A stretch of DNA of 64,000 bases from Planctomycetota bacterium. Lineage in GTDB: Bacteria > Planctomycetota > GCA-002687715 > DRQF01. The notes under the pieces are model-generated. The model was not told the origin of the DNA and searched no databases. It worked only from the letters and a program-made list of their open reading frames with translations. Shown one piece after another: positions 1 to 9,637 of the stretch; position 1 is the stretch's first letter; each line of letters starts with the position of its first letter. Both the position numbers and the translations under genes were made by a program. The stretch covers positions 64,001-128,000 of the forward strand of contig JAZGFI010000103.1 of NCBI GenBank assembly GCA_036479435.1, read 5' to 3'.

Positions 1-2
1 TT

Positions 3-86
3 CGCCAAACGTTGGTACAAGTCTCGCTAACTTGCCTCATCTTGTTTTGGACCATTCGCTCGGTGGAGGTCCGCAAATGGCGTTAA
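3..86 (+). CDS. 3' end of an ABC-2/GldF-like permease (partial, runs off the window)
   Basis: Open frame RQTLVQVSLTCLILFWTIRSVEVRKWR* (hydrophobic helix then basic WR end) overlapping the start of the GldG-like gene; typical gldF-gldG arrangement. Confidence 0.6.
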   Translation, partial: RQTLVQVSLTCLILFWTIRSVEVRKWR

Positions 87-1708
87 GAAAGGCCGACCCG
101 GAAGCGCCCAGCTTCGACCGTCGCGTGCAGTCAAAGATTGCGGCCAACGTGGTCTTGGTTTCGATTCTTGCCGTCTTAGTGGTGGTGTTCGCGAACTACG
201 GATTCATGTTGTGGGGCAAAAAGCACGATTTGCGCTACGACCTCACCGCGTCTGGCCGCCGTGAGCTGGATTCCAGCACCAAACAACTGGCGCGTCAGAT
301 CAACCACCCGGTCGACCTTTATCTCGTTACCGGCATCGACCAGGTCTTGCGTGAAGCCAGTCGTGCGAATCTCCAGGCCAATACGCCCGACGGCGGCATC
401 TTGCGCGACATCTACCTGCCGCTTTTGCAACGATTCACCGCCGACATTGGTGCTTTGGCGCAGGAACTCAGTGCGGTCAACGACAAGATTCGTTTTCACA
501 ACTGCGAGGTGCAACGAGATCCTGAACTCGCGAATAAGTGGCGTCGCAAATTGGGCCTTGGTCCAGATCAGTTGCTGAACCACCTCGTCATTCGAAACTC
601 AGCAAACGGCGAGCAGAAGAGCTTCAGCCTCTACCGAATCTTTGATGTCGATCTCGGCGGACCCGATCCCACGGTGGGGCACCGGCGCCCGGTCATTCGC
701 GGCGATTTCATCGAAACGTCGCTGCGATTTGGTCTGAAGCGAGTCCTCGATGCGACCGAACGCAAGGTCTACTTCAGTGTCGGCCACGGGGAAGAAGAGC
801 TGTTGATGGCGCGGCAGTTCATGAGCGGCGATGGCTTTGTGTTTTCGCCTCTCGACTTTGATCAAATTGAGAATGTCCCGACCGACGCTGACTTGGTGAT
901 CGTCGCGTCTCCTTCGCGCTCCTTTGCCGAGGCTGGCCGCAAGATTTTGGAAGACTACTTGGAAACTGGCGGCCGCATTTTGCTGTTGCAAGGAAGGAAC
1001 AACCGCGAGGACTTTCGGGGCCTTTTAGAGAAGTTCGGCTTGGCCTTATCCAGTGTCCAAGTGGGGCACCCAATTTGGAATGTCCGCGGTACGAGTCCCT
1101 ACAAGTTGTCCGGCTTTGGATTTTTAGAGCCCGCTCGAACGCAACCGGCTCACCTCGTCACGGCTTCTTCGGTCGTGGAGCGCATTCCGATCTACCTTGG
1201 GTTCTCACGGGCTTACGTCGAGAACAAAGACTACGACGAACAGAAATTTCAGCGCACGCGGCTGCTATCAAGCGGCATCGATGCTGAACTCATGCCATTT
1301 GTATTCGATGGCAAAAACTGGCGACAAGCTCCTGAGAATGGCGTCACGACGGGTAATCGCGGCCTCGGCTACGCATTGACACTAGGCACAAGTGTCGCCG
1401 CCGCCAAGGAGAGTGAAGCCACGGCGGAAAAAGGGCGCGCCGTGCTTATGGCGAGCGACGAGTGGCTGAGCGGCAAACAGCTCATGGGCGGGTACAGCCT
1501 CGCCAACGCCGACGTCTTGACCAACGCAGTCTACTGGCTAACCGACAAAGAGAAGCTCATCACCGGAACGCCGCGGCGTTTTCGCGGCCGCTTTGTGACC
1601 ATGGAACCGGAAGACCACACCACCTTTCGCATTCTTGGGGCGGGTCTGGTCCCGGGTTTCATCTTGCTCTTGGGCATCTTGGTCTTCTACATGAGACGGC
1701 GAACATGA
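77..1708 (+). CDS. GldG-family ABC-type transport auxiliary protein
   Basis: GGAGGT RBS then ATG at 77; N-terminal TM, 'RYDLT...LDSSTKQL', 'KVYFSVGHGE', 'NADVLTNAVYWL', C-terminal TM plus RRR. Confidence 0.85.
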   Translation: MALRKADPEAPSFDRRVQSKIAANVVLVSILAVLVVVFANYGFMLWGKKHDLRYDLTASGRRELDSSTKQLARQINHPVDLYLVTGIDQVLREASRANLQANTPDGGILRDIYLPLLQRFTADIGALAQELSAVNDKIRFHNCEVQRDPELANKWRRKLGLGPDQLLNHLVIRNSANGEQKSFSLYRIFDVDLGGPDPTVGHRRPVIRGDFIETSLRFGLKRVLDATERKVYFSVGHGEEELLMARQFMSGDGFVFSPLDFDQIENVPTDADLVIVASPSRSFAEAGRKILEDYLETGGRILLLQGRNNREDFRGLLEKFGLALSSVQVGHPIWNVRGTSPYKLSGFGFLEPARTQPAHLVTASSVVERIPIYLGFSRAYVENKDYDEQKFQRTRLLSSGIDAELMPFVFDGKNWRQAPENGVTTGNRGLGYALTLGTSVAAAKESEATAEKGRAVLMASDEWLSGKQLMGGYSLANADVLTNAVYWLTDKEKLITGTPRRFRGRFVTMEPEDHTTFRILGAGLVPGFILLLGILVFYMRRRT

Positions 1709-3471
1709 AACAAAGCGGCCTCGTCGTAATGTTCTTGCTGCTAATGGCGGCATTTGCAGCGGTTTTCTACTTGCGCGGCCAAGAGGATGAAGCGCCCCCG
1801 GTCGACCCTTTGCGCAACGTCGATTTTAGCACCTTGAAGGCCGTGGTTTGTCGCGACGGCAAAGGCAGCGAATGGCGTCTGGAAATAGAGGCCGACAAGT
1901 ACTTTCTGCGTTCGTCGCAGATCGCGGATGGCCTACGCGTCAGCGCCGATCAAGAACTCGCGCGACGTGTGATTTCATTGCTTAAAGAATCACGCCCGGT
2001 TCGCGACCTCGACCTCGAGTCCATCGACCCCAAAGCCTGGGGTTTGCAGCCTCCCTCACTGATCCTCGCCCTCGAGGACGGCAGCAAAGAGCACCTCATT
2101 CACGTTAGCCGCCCCGACTTGGACAACGGGGTCTTGTACTACCGGCCCGGTGAGAAAGACCTCTTTCGTGTCAACCGCCGAATTTTCGACGAGTTCCGCC
2201 GCGCGCCCTATGCCTTTCGAAATCCGCGGCTCTCATCTTTGTCTTACGCCGAGGTCCAAGGGCTTCAGATCAAGCGCCCCCATGAGTCCGTGTCGATGAG
2301 GAGATTGGGAGGGCGGTGGTTTCTCAGTCAAAAGGACCGGTTTGATCGCGCCAATCCACTGAAGGTCGACCAGTTGGTCGCCTTTTTCGCCAATCAAAAA
2401 GGTGGCCCGCTGTCCAAAGAACGCCAGGCTCTCGACTGGCAAGAGCTAGCCGAAGTCTCGCTCAACGACGGCCTCGGCAAGATCGCACGCTACTTCGTCT
2501 ACAAAACGTCCAGCAATGCCCGGATACTGGCGGCGCGGCGCGCCGACGAAACGGAATTGCGGCAGTTGCCCCTGACGGTCTTGAATCACATCACCATCAC
2601 CGCAGAGCAGCTTCGCGACCCGTCGCTGATTGGCCTCGCCGAGAGCGAACTGGCCTCCATCATCATCGAAGGCCCCGGCCGTAAGCTCCCTTTGTTGCTG
2701 CGCCAAAGAGAGGGGAAGTATTGGTATGTGGGGCAAGGCCGCGTCGTGCCCCGCGTCGATCGCTCGCGATTCGAAGCCTTTCGCGACCGCGTCCTCAATC
2801 TTCGGATCGTCGAGCGCCTCGAAACGACTCCGGACTTCGATGCCTTCCTCACCATTCGACTGAAATATGCCGGTGACCGCGATCGCCCCGACTTAGTCGT
2901 CAAACTGAGCCGCCCTCGAGACGATGGTCTGGTGTTGGCCCAACGTTCCGACGAGAAAAACGGGGTCTTAGTCGCTAAGAGCGAACTCGAGGCTCTCCAA
3001 ACTCCCTACTGGAAACTCATGCAGCTCCATGTGTTTTCCGCCAGCGACGCCGCCATCAACCATTTCACGATCGACGATCAAAAGGGTCGAGCCTTCAAAC
3101 TCGAGCGCAGCGATGACGGCGTCGCCTGGCAGCGCAGCCAAGGCGAACCCCTTGGCGCAAGCCTCATGACGCCAGTCCTAAGCCGCCTCGCCTACCTCGG
3201 AGTTGCTGATTTCCTCGGCGTACTCCCCGCCGACCAAGTCAAAAAACTCTTCGCCAAGCCAAGCTGGAAAGTCAGCTGGCACTCACCCGAACAAAAAAAC
3301 GAAAAGGGTATCCCCTACCGCCCTGAAACCAAAATCTGGGAAATAGGCGGCCTCGTCGACGACATCCACCACGCCTGCCGCATCAACCTTTTCCCCGGCC
3401 TCATCTTCAGCATCAAGGGCGAAGACCTCCTCTTTCTCAACGTCCTCTTCAACGCTCTCCGCGGCGCCTAA
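1705..3471 (+). CDS. DUF4340 domain-containing periplasmic protein
   Basis: ATGA overlap with the upstream stop; N-terminal anchor; 'WGLQPP', repeated 'FRNPRL'/'LRDPSL' units; usual partner of GldG-like genes. Confidence 0.75.
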   Translation: MKQSGLVVMFLLLMAAFAAVFYLRGQEDEAPPVDPLRNVDFSTLKAVVCRDGKGSEWRLEIEADKYFLRSSQIADGLRVSADQELARRVISLLKESRPVRDLDLESIDPKAWGLQPPSLILALEDGSKEHLIHVSRPDLDNGVLYYRPGEKDLFRVNRRIFDEFRRAPYAFRNPRLSSLSYAEVQGLQIKRPHESVSMRRLGGRWFLSQKDRFDRANPLKVDQLVAFFANQKGGPLSKERQALDWQELAEVSLNDGLGKIARYFVYKTSSNARILAARRADETELRQLPLTVLNHITITAEQLRDPSLIGLAESELASIIIEGPGRKLPLLLRQREGKYWYVGQGRVVPRVDRSRFEAFRDRVLNLRIVERLETTPDFDAFLTIRLKYAGDRDRPDLVVKLSRPRDDGLVLAQRSDEKNGVLVAKSELEALQTPYWKLMQLHVFSASDAAINHFTIDDQKGRAFKLERSDDGVAWQRSQGEPLGASLMTPVLSRLAYLGVADFLGVLPADQVKKLFAKPSWKVSWHSPEQKNEKGIPYRPETKIWEIGGLVDDIHHACRINLFPGLIFSIKGEDLLFLNVLFNALRGA

Positions 3472-3480
3472 CTGGTGGTG

Positions 3481-3528
3481 CAGTGTCGCATCAGGGCCAC
3501 CAAAAAGGGTGACCCTCATCTGACACTG
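3481..3528. repeat. Long imperfect palindrome between convergent genes
   Basis: cagtgtc-gc-atcagggccacc / ggtgaccctcat-ct-gacactg arms (21 bp, 4 mismatches) around aaaaag. Confidence 0.6.
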
Positions 3529-3568
3529 TTACGGCGAGATGCGAAGGCCTCTACTTTGGTGTCTTGAA

Positions 3569-5029
3569 CTATAGTTCGGCTTCGAATTCGTCGTCTTGGC
3601 GGAGCTCGCTAGCCATGGCGGTGCGGTTGGCGCCGCGCTTTTTGGCGAGGTGGAGGGCTTCGTTGGCCCGACGGAAGAGGTCGTCGGAGTCGTGGGCGTC
3701 GACGGGGAAGGTGGCCGCGCCTACGGAGGCGGTGATTTGGCTGGCGATTTCGGGGACGGAGGAGCGGAAGTCGTAGGAGGCTAAGGTCGAACGGACGCGG
3801 TCGACGTAACTTTTTCGCTCACCGACAGCCGCGACGGAGGCGCCAGTTTCGGGGAGGAGGACGGCGAACTCGTCACCACCCCAGCGGGTCACGACGTCGA
3901 CCTCGCGGAAGCAGCGGCGGATGAGGCGCGCCACTTCTCTGAGAATGGTGTCGCCAGTGACGTAGCCGTTGACGTCGTTGAAGGCTTTGAAGTTGTCGAT
4001 GTCGATGAGAGCGAGAGTTAGCTGTCGGCCGTAACGGCGGGCGCGCGCGAGCTCTTGACGCAACTGCCGGTCGAAGTGACGGCGATTGTAGAGCTGAGTG
4101 AGCGGGTCGATGACCGTGAGCGCGTGGAGTTCTTCGATGTTTTTGGCGTTGCGGAGGGCGACGGCAAAGTGCCCCGCGAGGAGTCTTAGCGTTTCGGCAT
4201 CATCGGGTGAAAAAGCGGCGCCATCGGCGCGGTCGGCGACATTAAAAACTCCGAGGCTTAGCTGGCGATCGCGGAGCGGGACCACGAGGCATGAATTGGT
4301 GGCGTAGCCGCGTGACGGTCGATCGGGGAACTCTCGAGCGATGTCTTTGACCAGGAGTGCTTGGCCGCTTTCGGCGACGGAGCCGGCAATGGGGGCTCCG
4401 AGTTGGACCACGACTTGGGTCGGTATGTCGTCGGGGAATCCGATTCTTCTGACCATCTCCAGGGGCTTGCCAGCTCCCGACTGCAACATGAGGGAACCAC
4501 GACGAGCGCGGGAGATCTCCATCACGACTTCAAGTCCTCGGGTGAGGAGCTTGTCGCGGTCGTGCTCAAGTTCAGAGAATTCGAGCATCGCTTGGATGAC
4601 TTTGCTGAGGCGGCTTTCGCGGGGTGGCAACCGCTCTTCGTCACTGACGAGGGAGCTGGTCAGATCTGTGACGGACTCGCCATCAGGGTTGCCGAGAGCG
4701 TGCAACAACGCTCCATAACCAAAGGGTTCGGCCAGCCTTTCGTCGACACTCTCGATGTCGTCGAGGATGGCTTCTTCGGATTCGCTGATGATGAGGCGGT
4801 AGGGCGCGGCGACGTCTCGAAGCTCTCGAAGATAGTCGGCCGAATTTGCGGGAAGCAGAGCGGCTCGGGCTAAGAACGCGCCCGGTGAGTACCGCGCTGA
4901 GAGCATCGCGGCTTCTAGGTAGCTATGGGTGGGAAGGACTTCCCAACCATCGCTGCGCAGCATCGCGACAAAGTGCTCGAGGTTCGGCTCGTCGTCGGTC
5001 AGGATGACCACCGATCTGCGTGCACTCAT
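3569..5029 (-). CDS. Diguanylate cyclase (pseudo-REC + GAF + GGDEF)
   Basis: 'DPLTQLYNRR', 'DIDNFKAFND', RxxD I-site (REVD) and WGGDEF; GAF region 'SCLVVPL...LGVFNV'. Confidence 0.92.
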   Translation of the reverse strand: MSARRSVVILTDDEPNLEHFVAMLRSDGWEVLPTHSYLEAAMLSARYSPGAFLARAALLPANSADYLRELRDVAAPYRLIISESEEAILDDIESVDERLAEPFGYGALLHALGNPDGESVTDLTSSLVSDEERLPPRESRLSKVIQAMLEFSELEHDRDKLLTRGLEVVMEISRARRGSLMLQSGAGKPLEMVRRIGFPDDIPTQVVVQLGAPIAGSVAESGQALLVKDIAREFPDRPSRGYATNSCLVVPLRDRQLSLGVFNVADRADGAAFSPDDAETLRLLAGHFAVALRNAKNIEELHALTVIDPLTQLYNRRHFDRQLRQELARARRYGRQLTLALIDIDNFKAFNDVNGYVTGDTILREVARLIRRCFREVDVVTRWGGDEFAVLLPETGASVAAVGERKSYVDRVRSTLASYDFRSSVPEIASQITASVGAATFPVDAHDSDDLFRRANEALHLAKKRGANRTAMASELRQDDEFEAEL

Positions 5030-5067
5030 GTCCTCAACACTCCGTCGATCTAATACTTCTTGGCGCT

Positions 5068-6210
5068 TCAGCTCTCAAAGTCGGCGTCAGCAGCAACGTC
5101 GGCTTCGAGGGAACCGTGGCCTACGCACTCAAATTTGAGTTCGATCCGAAGGCGCCGTCCCGGCTCCGCAGACACATCGCAGCCAATGCCACAGCGTTCG
5201 AGATTTCTTACTGCGATAGGGTAGCCAAGGCCACGTTCTACGGGATTATACAGCAAGGACAAGCCAGGTGCCGCAAGTGCTTCCAACTGACTTGAAGTAA
5301 GGCGATGGCCCTCTTCAACAAATTCTAGGATAACTTGTCCTTCATGGGCGCGCGTGGACCAAGAAAGCGAGCGAGAGCGACTGGCGGGCTCCAAGGCGGC
5401 TCGCAACAGGTAAGTGAGGGCTGACCGCAGAAGACGCGTGTCGGCCCGCACTTCGGGAAGGTCTTTGGCGAGGTTCAGGCTCAAAGGTATTGCGGATGTG
5501 CCCTGCGCTCCGATGATCTCGCGCAAAAGAGCATTGAGACGCACCGGGCCGATATAGACGCGCCGATCTAGACGGTGACTTCGCAATAGCCGCACGATGC
5601 GGTCGATCTCGCGCAACTCCCGAAGGGTGTGTGAAATATGGCGATGGGCGGGATCGTCGGTGGCAATATCTTGTAAGAGCAATTGCAGCCATCCTTCGGC
5701 CGCGGCCACGCGCGGTGAAAAAGCCGCGCCCAAAGCGCCCATGATGGCGGACTGGCGATCAGGATCTAAGGGCAAGGCCAATGGCGCCGCGATGGGCGGT
5801 TCACACGCCGTAGCGGCAGCCGAAACGCTTAGCTGTCGGCGAGGCCGTTTTGCCAATTGTGCAAGTTGCGCGCTGAGTTCATGGAATTGATAGGGCTCTG
5901 GCCAGGTCAATCCGACGGCCCAATTTTTGGCCCTGTTCTCGTCCTCTTTAGTAGGGCACAAAACGCAGAGGCGATCGAGGTCTGGGGCATCCGCGGGAGG
6001 AGAGGGGGCGCGCAAAAAACTGGCATGAATCACGATGCTGGGACCGATGTCAGAATCTGAGTCTATTCCCGCAGCTCGGCACGATTCGTAGATAGAATCG
6101 AGCGAAGTGAGGTTTTTGACCTCTAATCCTTCACGAACCAAGAAGGCTACAAGAGCCCTGGCATCCGGTCCATCGGGATGAAGGAGATAGCATTGGCGCG
6201 TCATAGTCAT
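5068..6210 (-). CDS. Degenerate histidine-kinase-like protein (pseudo-REC, HisKA-like, HATPase-like)
   Basis: 'LPEVRAD..LLRSAL' and 'RGLGYPIA' HATPase remnants; H-box His and N-box Asn residues not evident. Confidence 0.65.
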   Translation of the reverse strand: MTMTRQCYLLHPDGPDARALVAFLVREGLEVKNLTSLDSIYESCRAAGIDSDSDIGPSIVIHASFLRAPSPPADAPDLDRLCVLCPTKEDENRAKNWAVGLTWPEPYQFHELSAQLAQLAKRPRRQLSVSAAATACEPPIAAPLALPLDPDRQSAIMGALGAAFSPRVAAAEGWLQLLLQDIATDDPAHRHISHTLRELREIDRIVRLLRSHRLDRRVYIGPVRLNALLREIIGAQGTSAIPLSLNLAKDLPEVRADTRLLRSALTYLLRAALEPASRSRSLSWSTRAHEGQVILEFVEEGHRLTSSQLEALAAPGLSLLYNPVERGLGYPIAVRNLERCGIGCDVSAEPGRRLRIELKFECVGHGSLEADVAADADFES

Positions 6211-6466
6211 TTTTGGGGAACCGGATTTTTGGCCCCAACTAGGTCAGTTATCGGATTCGTCGAAAAGGGTCTTTCAACGCCGACTATAGCCCTTATGGGG
6301 CCCACGGGTGCTTTTCAGCGAGTGTTTCGCAGCAAGCGCCTGGGGTCGGCGCCGCTTGCTTCGGCCCAAGATTCGTCAGATTCTGAGTTTACGTTAGGTG
6401 GGAAATCTCGATAAGACCTGTCTGGGCGCAACCGTTACCCGGCCCGTCGAGTGGATAAGAGGAGCC

Positions 6467-7405
6467 ATGGACGTCGATCTTTCAGTGATCATCCCGGTCT
6501 TCAACGAAGAAGACAACATCGAACCGCTAGAAGCGGAGCTCCAGGCGGTGCTTGAAACACTGCCCGGACGCTCCGAAGTGATCTTTGTAGATGATGGGTC
6601 TAGCGACCGCTCCTTCGAGCGTCTTCGCGAGGTCGTTTCGCGTCGAGATTGGGCGCGCGTCGTGAAGATGAAGCGCAATTTTGGGCAGACCCAAGCCATG
6701 GCGGCCGGTTTCGACTACGCCCGAGGTAGCGTCCTCATTTGTATGGATGCCGACCTGCAAAACGACCCCCGAGACATCCCGCGCTTGCTCGAACGCATGG
6801 ATCAAGGCTTCGACATTGTGAGTGGTTGGCGCAAGGACCGAAAAGACAAGTTCCTTACGCGGCGCTTCCCCTCGATCTGCGCCAACTGGTTGATTGGGCG
6901 CATCGTCGGGGTTCGCATCCACGACTACGGCTGTTCGCTGAAGGCCTACGATGCCCGCGTGGTGAAATCCTTGAATCTCTACAGCGACATGCACCGTTTT
7001 CTCCCCGCGCTCGCATCGAAATGTGGTGCGCGCGTCACCGAGATCACCGTCAATCACCGGGCCCGACTGCACGGTGAGAGCAAATACGGATTGTCGCGCG
7101 TTTTCAAAGTCGTGATCGATATCGCCGTCATCAAGCTCATTGTTGATTTCGCCGCGCGGCCGATCCACGCCTTTGGTCCGATCGCGGCGATCTACATGTT
7201 GGCGGTCCTGTTTACCCTCCCGTTTTTCGTGATCAATCTCGCCGTGGGATATCGCGTCAATGTTGTGATCCCAACCATCATGGTTTTGTTCGCGATGGGT
7301 GCGCTTTACTTTTTCGGTATCGGAATGCTGGCGGACCTGGTCGTCCGCGTCGGCCGCGATGACACCGCGCGCTATGCCCGCGCCACCGCGATGGAGTTGA
7401 GCTGA
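6467..7405 (+). CDS. Glycosyltransferase family 2 (ArnC/GtrB/DPM-synthase-like)
   Basis: GAGGAG RBS, 'SVIIPVFNEE', 'VDDGSSD', 'RNFGQT', DxD 'MDADLQNDP', two C-terminal TM helices. Confidence 0.92.
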   Translation: MDVDLSVIIPVFNEEDNIEPLEAELQAVLETLPGRSEVIFVDDGSSDRSFERLREVVSRRDWARVVKMKRNFGQTQAMAAGFDYARGSVLICMDADLQNDPRDIPRLLERMDQGFDIVSGWRKDRKDKFLTRRFPSICANWLIGRIVGVRIHDYGCSLKAYDARVVKSLNLYSDMHRFLPALASKCGARVTEITVNHRARLHGESKYGLSRVFKVVIDIAVIKLIVDFAARPIHAFGPIAAIYMLAVLFTLPFFVINLAVGYRVNVVIPTIMVLFAMGALYFFGIGMLADLVVRVGRDDTARYARATAMELS

Positions 7406-7406
7406 T

Positions 7407-8453
7407 ATGAGTCGAGTTCCCGGTCTTCAGGCCGCTGAGGCAGCTGAATCCACTGATGTCATCGAGCGCTATGAGTTCGATGTCACTTTGGTCGTGGTGG
7501 CATCCGACGTGGATGTTCATCTCGACAGTTTCGTCGAGATGATCGACGCCTTTCGCCGCGTCTTCCACGAATCAAATCTGAAAGCCGAGTACATCGTCGT
7601 CGACGATGGCAACACGGGTTCGTTTTACGACCTCCTCGTTCGCTTGAATCGCGAGATCCCCAACTTCAAGGTCATCCGTTTTCGGCGCACCTTCGGCGAT
7701 TCGGTGGCCCTGCAAATAGCGACGGAGCGGGCCCGTGGAGAATTCGTCATCACGAACACCTGGTACTTGCAAGTCAAGGCCGAAAGCGCACTCGACGCCA
7801 TTCGCCAACTTCGCAATGGGGCGGACGTCGTCGCGGGAGTTCGCTGCCCGCGTGTCGATTCCTTCGTAGCTCGAATTCAGAGCTGGGGATTCAATGTTCT
7901 GACGCGGTTTTTGACCAACGTCGGGTTTGAAGACTTGAATTGCTCTTTCCGAGCTTTCAAGCGTCAGGTTCTCAGCGAGATCCACTTTCACGGCGACCTT
8001 TTCCGATTTGTACCCGTCTTGGCCGTCGGGCAAGGATTTCGAGTCGAAGAAATGGAAGTCACCCACGTCGCAGAGAAGGGTCCAGGGACCTTTTTGAACT
8101 TCAGCCTGTATGTTCGAAGATTTCTTGATGTCTTCAGCCTTTTCTTTCTTTTGAAATTCACGAAGAAACCACTACGTTTCTTCGGACTGACGGGATTCGC
8201 ATTGGCATTCGCCGGCTTTATCGTTGCTTGCTTCTTGTTGTGGGACAAGTTTTTTGCCGCCGAAGAGATCGGAATGGTCGACAGGCCTCAAACCGTGCTA
8301 GCGGTTTTGTTGATGGTCTTGGGTCCCATCTTGCTTTCGATTGGTCTTATTGGGGAAATCATCATCTATACGCAGGGCAAGGGTCTCTCCGATTATCACA
8401 TCGACACGATCCTAGGGGCAAAAGATGAGGACAAAGCACGCCGTGACGATTGA
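7407..8453 (+). CDS. Glycosyltransferase family 2 paralogue lacking the DxD motif
   Basis: 'VVDDG', 'RRTFG', 'DLNCSFRA', 'FRFVP', 'KPLRFFG', C-terminal TMs; DxD position reads NTW. Confidence 0.85.
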   Translation: MSRVPGLQAAEAAESTDVIERYEFDVTLVVVASDVDVHLDSFVEMIDAFRRVFHESNLKAEYIVVDDGNTGSFYDLLVRLNREIPNFKVIRFRRTFGDSVALQIATERARGEFVITNTWYLQVKAESALDAIRQLRNGADVVAGVRCPRVDSFVARIQSWGFNVLTRFLTNVGFEDLNCSFRAFKRQVLSEIHFHGDLFRFVPVLAVGQGFRVEEMEVTHVAEKGPGTFLNFSLYVRRFLDVFSLFFLLKFTKKPLRFFGLTGFALAFAGFIVACFLLWDKFFAAEEIGMVDRPQTVLAVLLMVLGPILLSIGLIGEIIIYTQGKGLSDYHIDTILGAKDEDKARRDD

Positions 8454-9525
8454 GACTGAACCCCGAATTCCCCTAGAGGAAGCACCTCCGGTGGAAGTAA
8501 GGCCCTATGCCGCTAGCGACCGCGAGGCCTGGAGCCAGTATCTAGGCAAACACCCTCAAGCGACTTTTTTTCACACGCTCGATTGGGATGAGATCATCCG
8601 GCGGACTTTCTCCCACGAGAGCCGTTTTTTGATCGCGCATCGCGACGGTCAGATCAGCGGGATCTTGCCGCTCACTAGGGTGAGTTCGGCGTTTTTTGGC
8701 ACTTCACTCATCTCCGTTCCCTTCGGCGTCTACGGCGGGTTGTTGGTCGACGATCAAAAGAGCGCCGACGCGCTCTTGAAGGCGGCCGGCGAAGTCGTGG
8801 CGACTGAAAAAGCCAAGTACGCGGAGCTGAGGCATCTGCATCGCCCCGACATCGACCTGCCTCGCAACGAACTCTACGCGACTTTCATCGAAGACGTTCC
8901 GGGCGACGCGGAGGGCTGTTTGGCGCGTTTACCGCGAAAGGCGCGGGCGGAGGTGCGCAAGTGCTTGAAGGATGAGCTGCTGACGGCGGAAGAGGAGGGA
9001 ATTAGCCTCGAAGACTTCCATCGCCTCTTTTCATTGAACAAACGCAAACTTGGATCGCCTTTGTTTCCGTCCAGCTTGTTTTGGCACATCCGGGACGTCT
9101 TGGGCGCCGAGAACGCGCCGATTCTCACCGTCAAACGCGACGGAAGAGTTCTCGCAACGGTGATGTCCTTTGTCTTTCAGGACACCATCATGCCCTACTA
9201 CTCCGGCTCGGCGCCGGATGCTGATCGCTTTCGTGGCAACAACTTCATGTATTTCAAACTCATGGAGTGGGCCTCAGAACGCGGCCTCAAAAAGTTCGAT
9301 TTTGGACGCAGCCGCGTTGAGACGGGATCATTCTCTTTCAAAAAGCACCAGGGTTTCGAGCCCATCCCGCTGTCTTATGACTATCTGCTTGCAGAGGGAG
9401 AGGAGATCCCCTCCCTGAATCCCAGCAACCCCAAGTTTCGAATGGCAAAGCGCGTTTTTCGTCGTATGCCACTGTGGATGGCACAAAAAGTCGGCAGTTG
9501 GCTGGTGAAACGCGCACCCTTCTAA
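8425..9525 (+). CDS. FemAB-like GNAT protein (XrtA/PEP-CTERM EPS-locus-associated type)
   Basis: 'HPQATFFH', 'LISVPFGVYGG', 'MPYYSG', 'FDFGRS', 'LNPSNPK'. Confidence 0.85.
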   Translation: MRTKHAVTIETEPRIPLEEAPPVEVRPYAASDREAWSQYLGKHPQATFFHTLDWDEIIRRTFSHESRFLIAHRDGQISGILPLTRVSSAFFGTSLISVPFGVYGGLLVDDQKSADALLKAAGEVVATEKAKYAELRHLHRPDIDLPRNELYATFIEDVPGDAEGCLARLPRKARAEVRKCLKDELLTAEEEGISLEDFHRLFSLNKRKLGSPLFPSSLFWHIRDVLGAENAPILTVKRDGRVLATVMSFVFQDTIMPYYSGSAPDADRFRGNNFMYFKLMEWASERGLKKFDFGRSRVETGSFSFKKHQGFEPIPLSYDYLLAEGEEIPSLNPSNPKFRMAKRVFRRMPLWMAQKVGSWLVKRAPF

Positions 9526-9637
9526 GGGGCAGGGTAAGCCCATCGGAGTCAGGACTGCTTCGACAAGGGCTCGACTCTTAGACACCTCGACTGTTAGACT
9601 CACAAACATAGTCCTAAAACAGCCGGAGTCCTAGGAT

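Noticed and set aside
77..3471. Gliding-motility system
   Set aside because: GldF/GldG/DUF4340 ABC modules are widespread in non-gliding bacteria; no motor or T9SS genes here.
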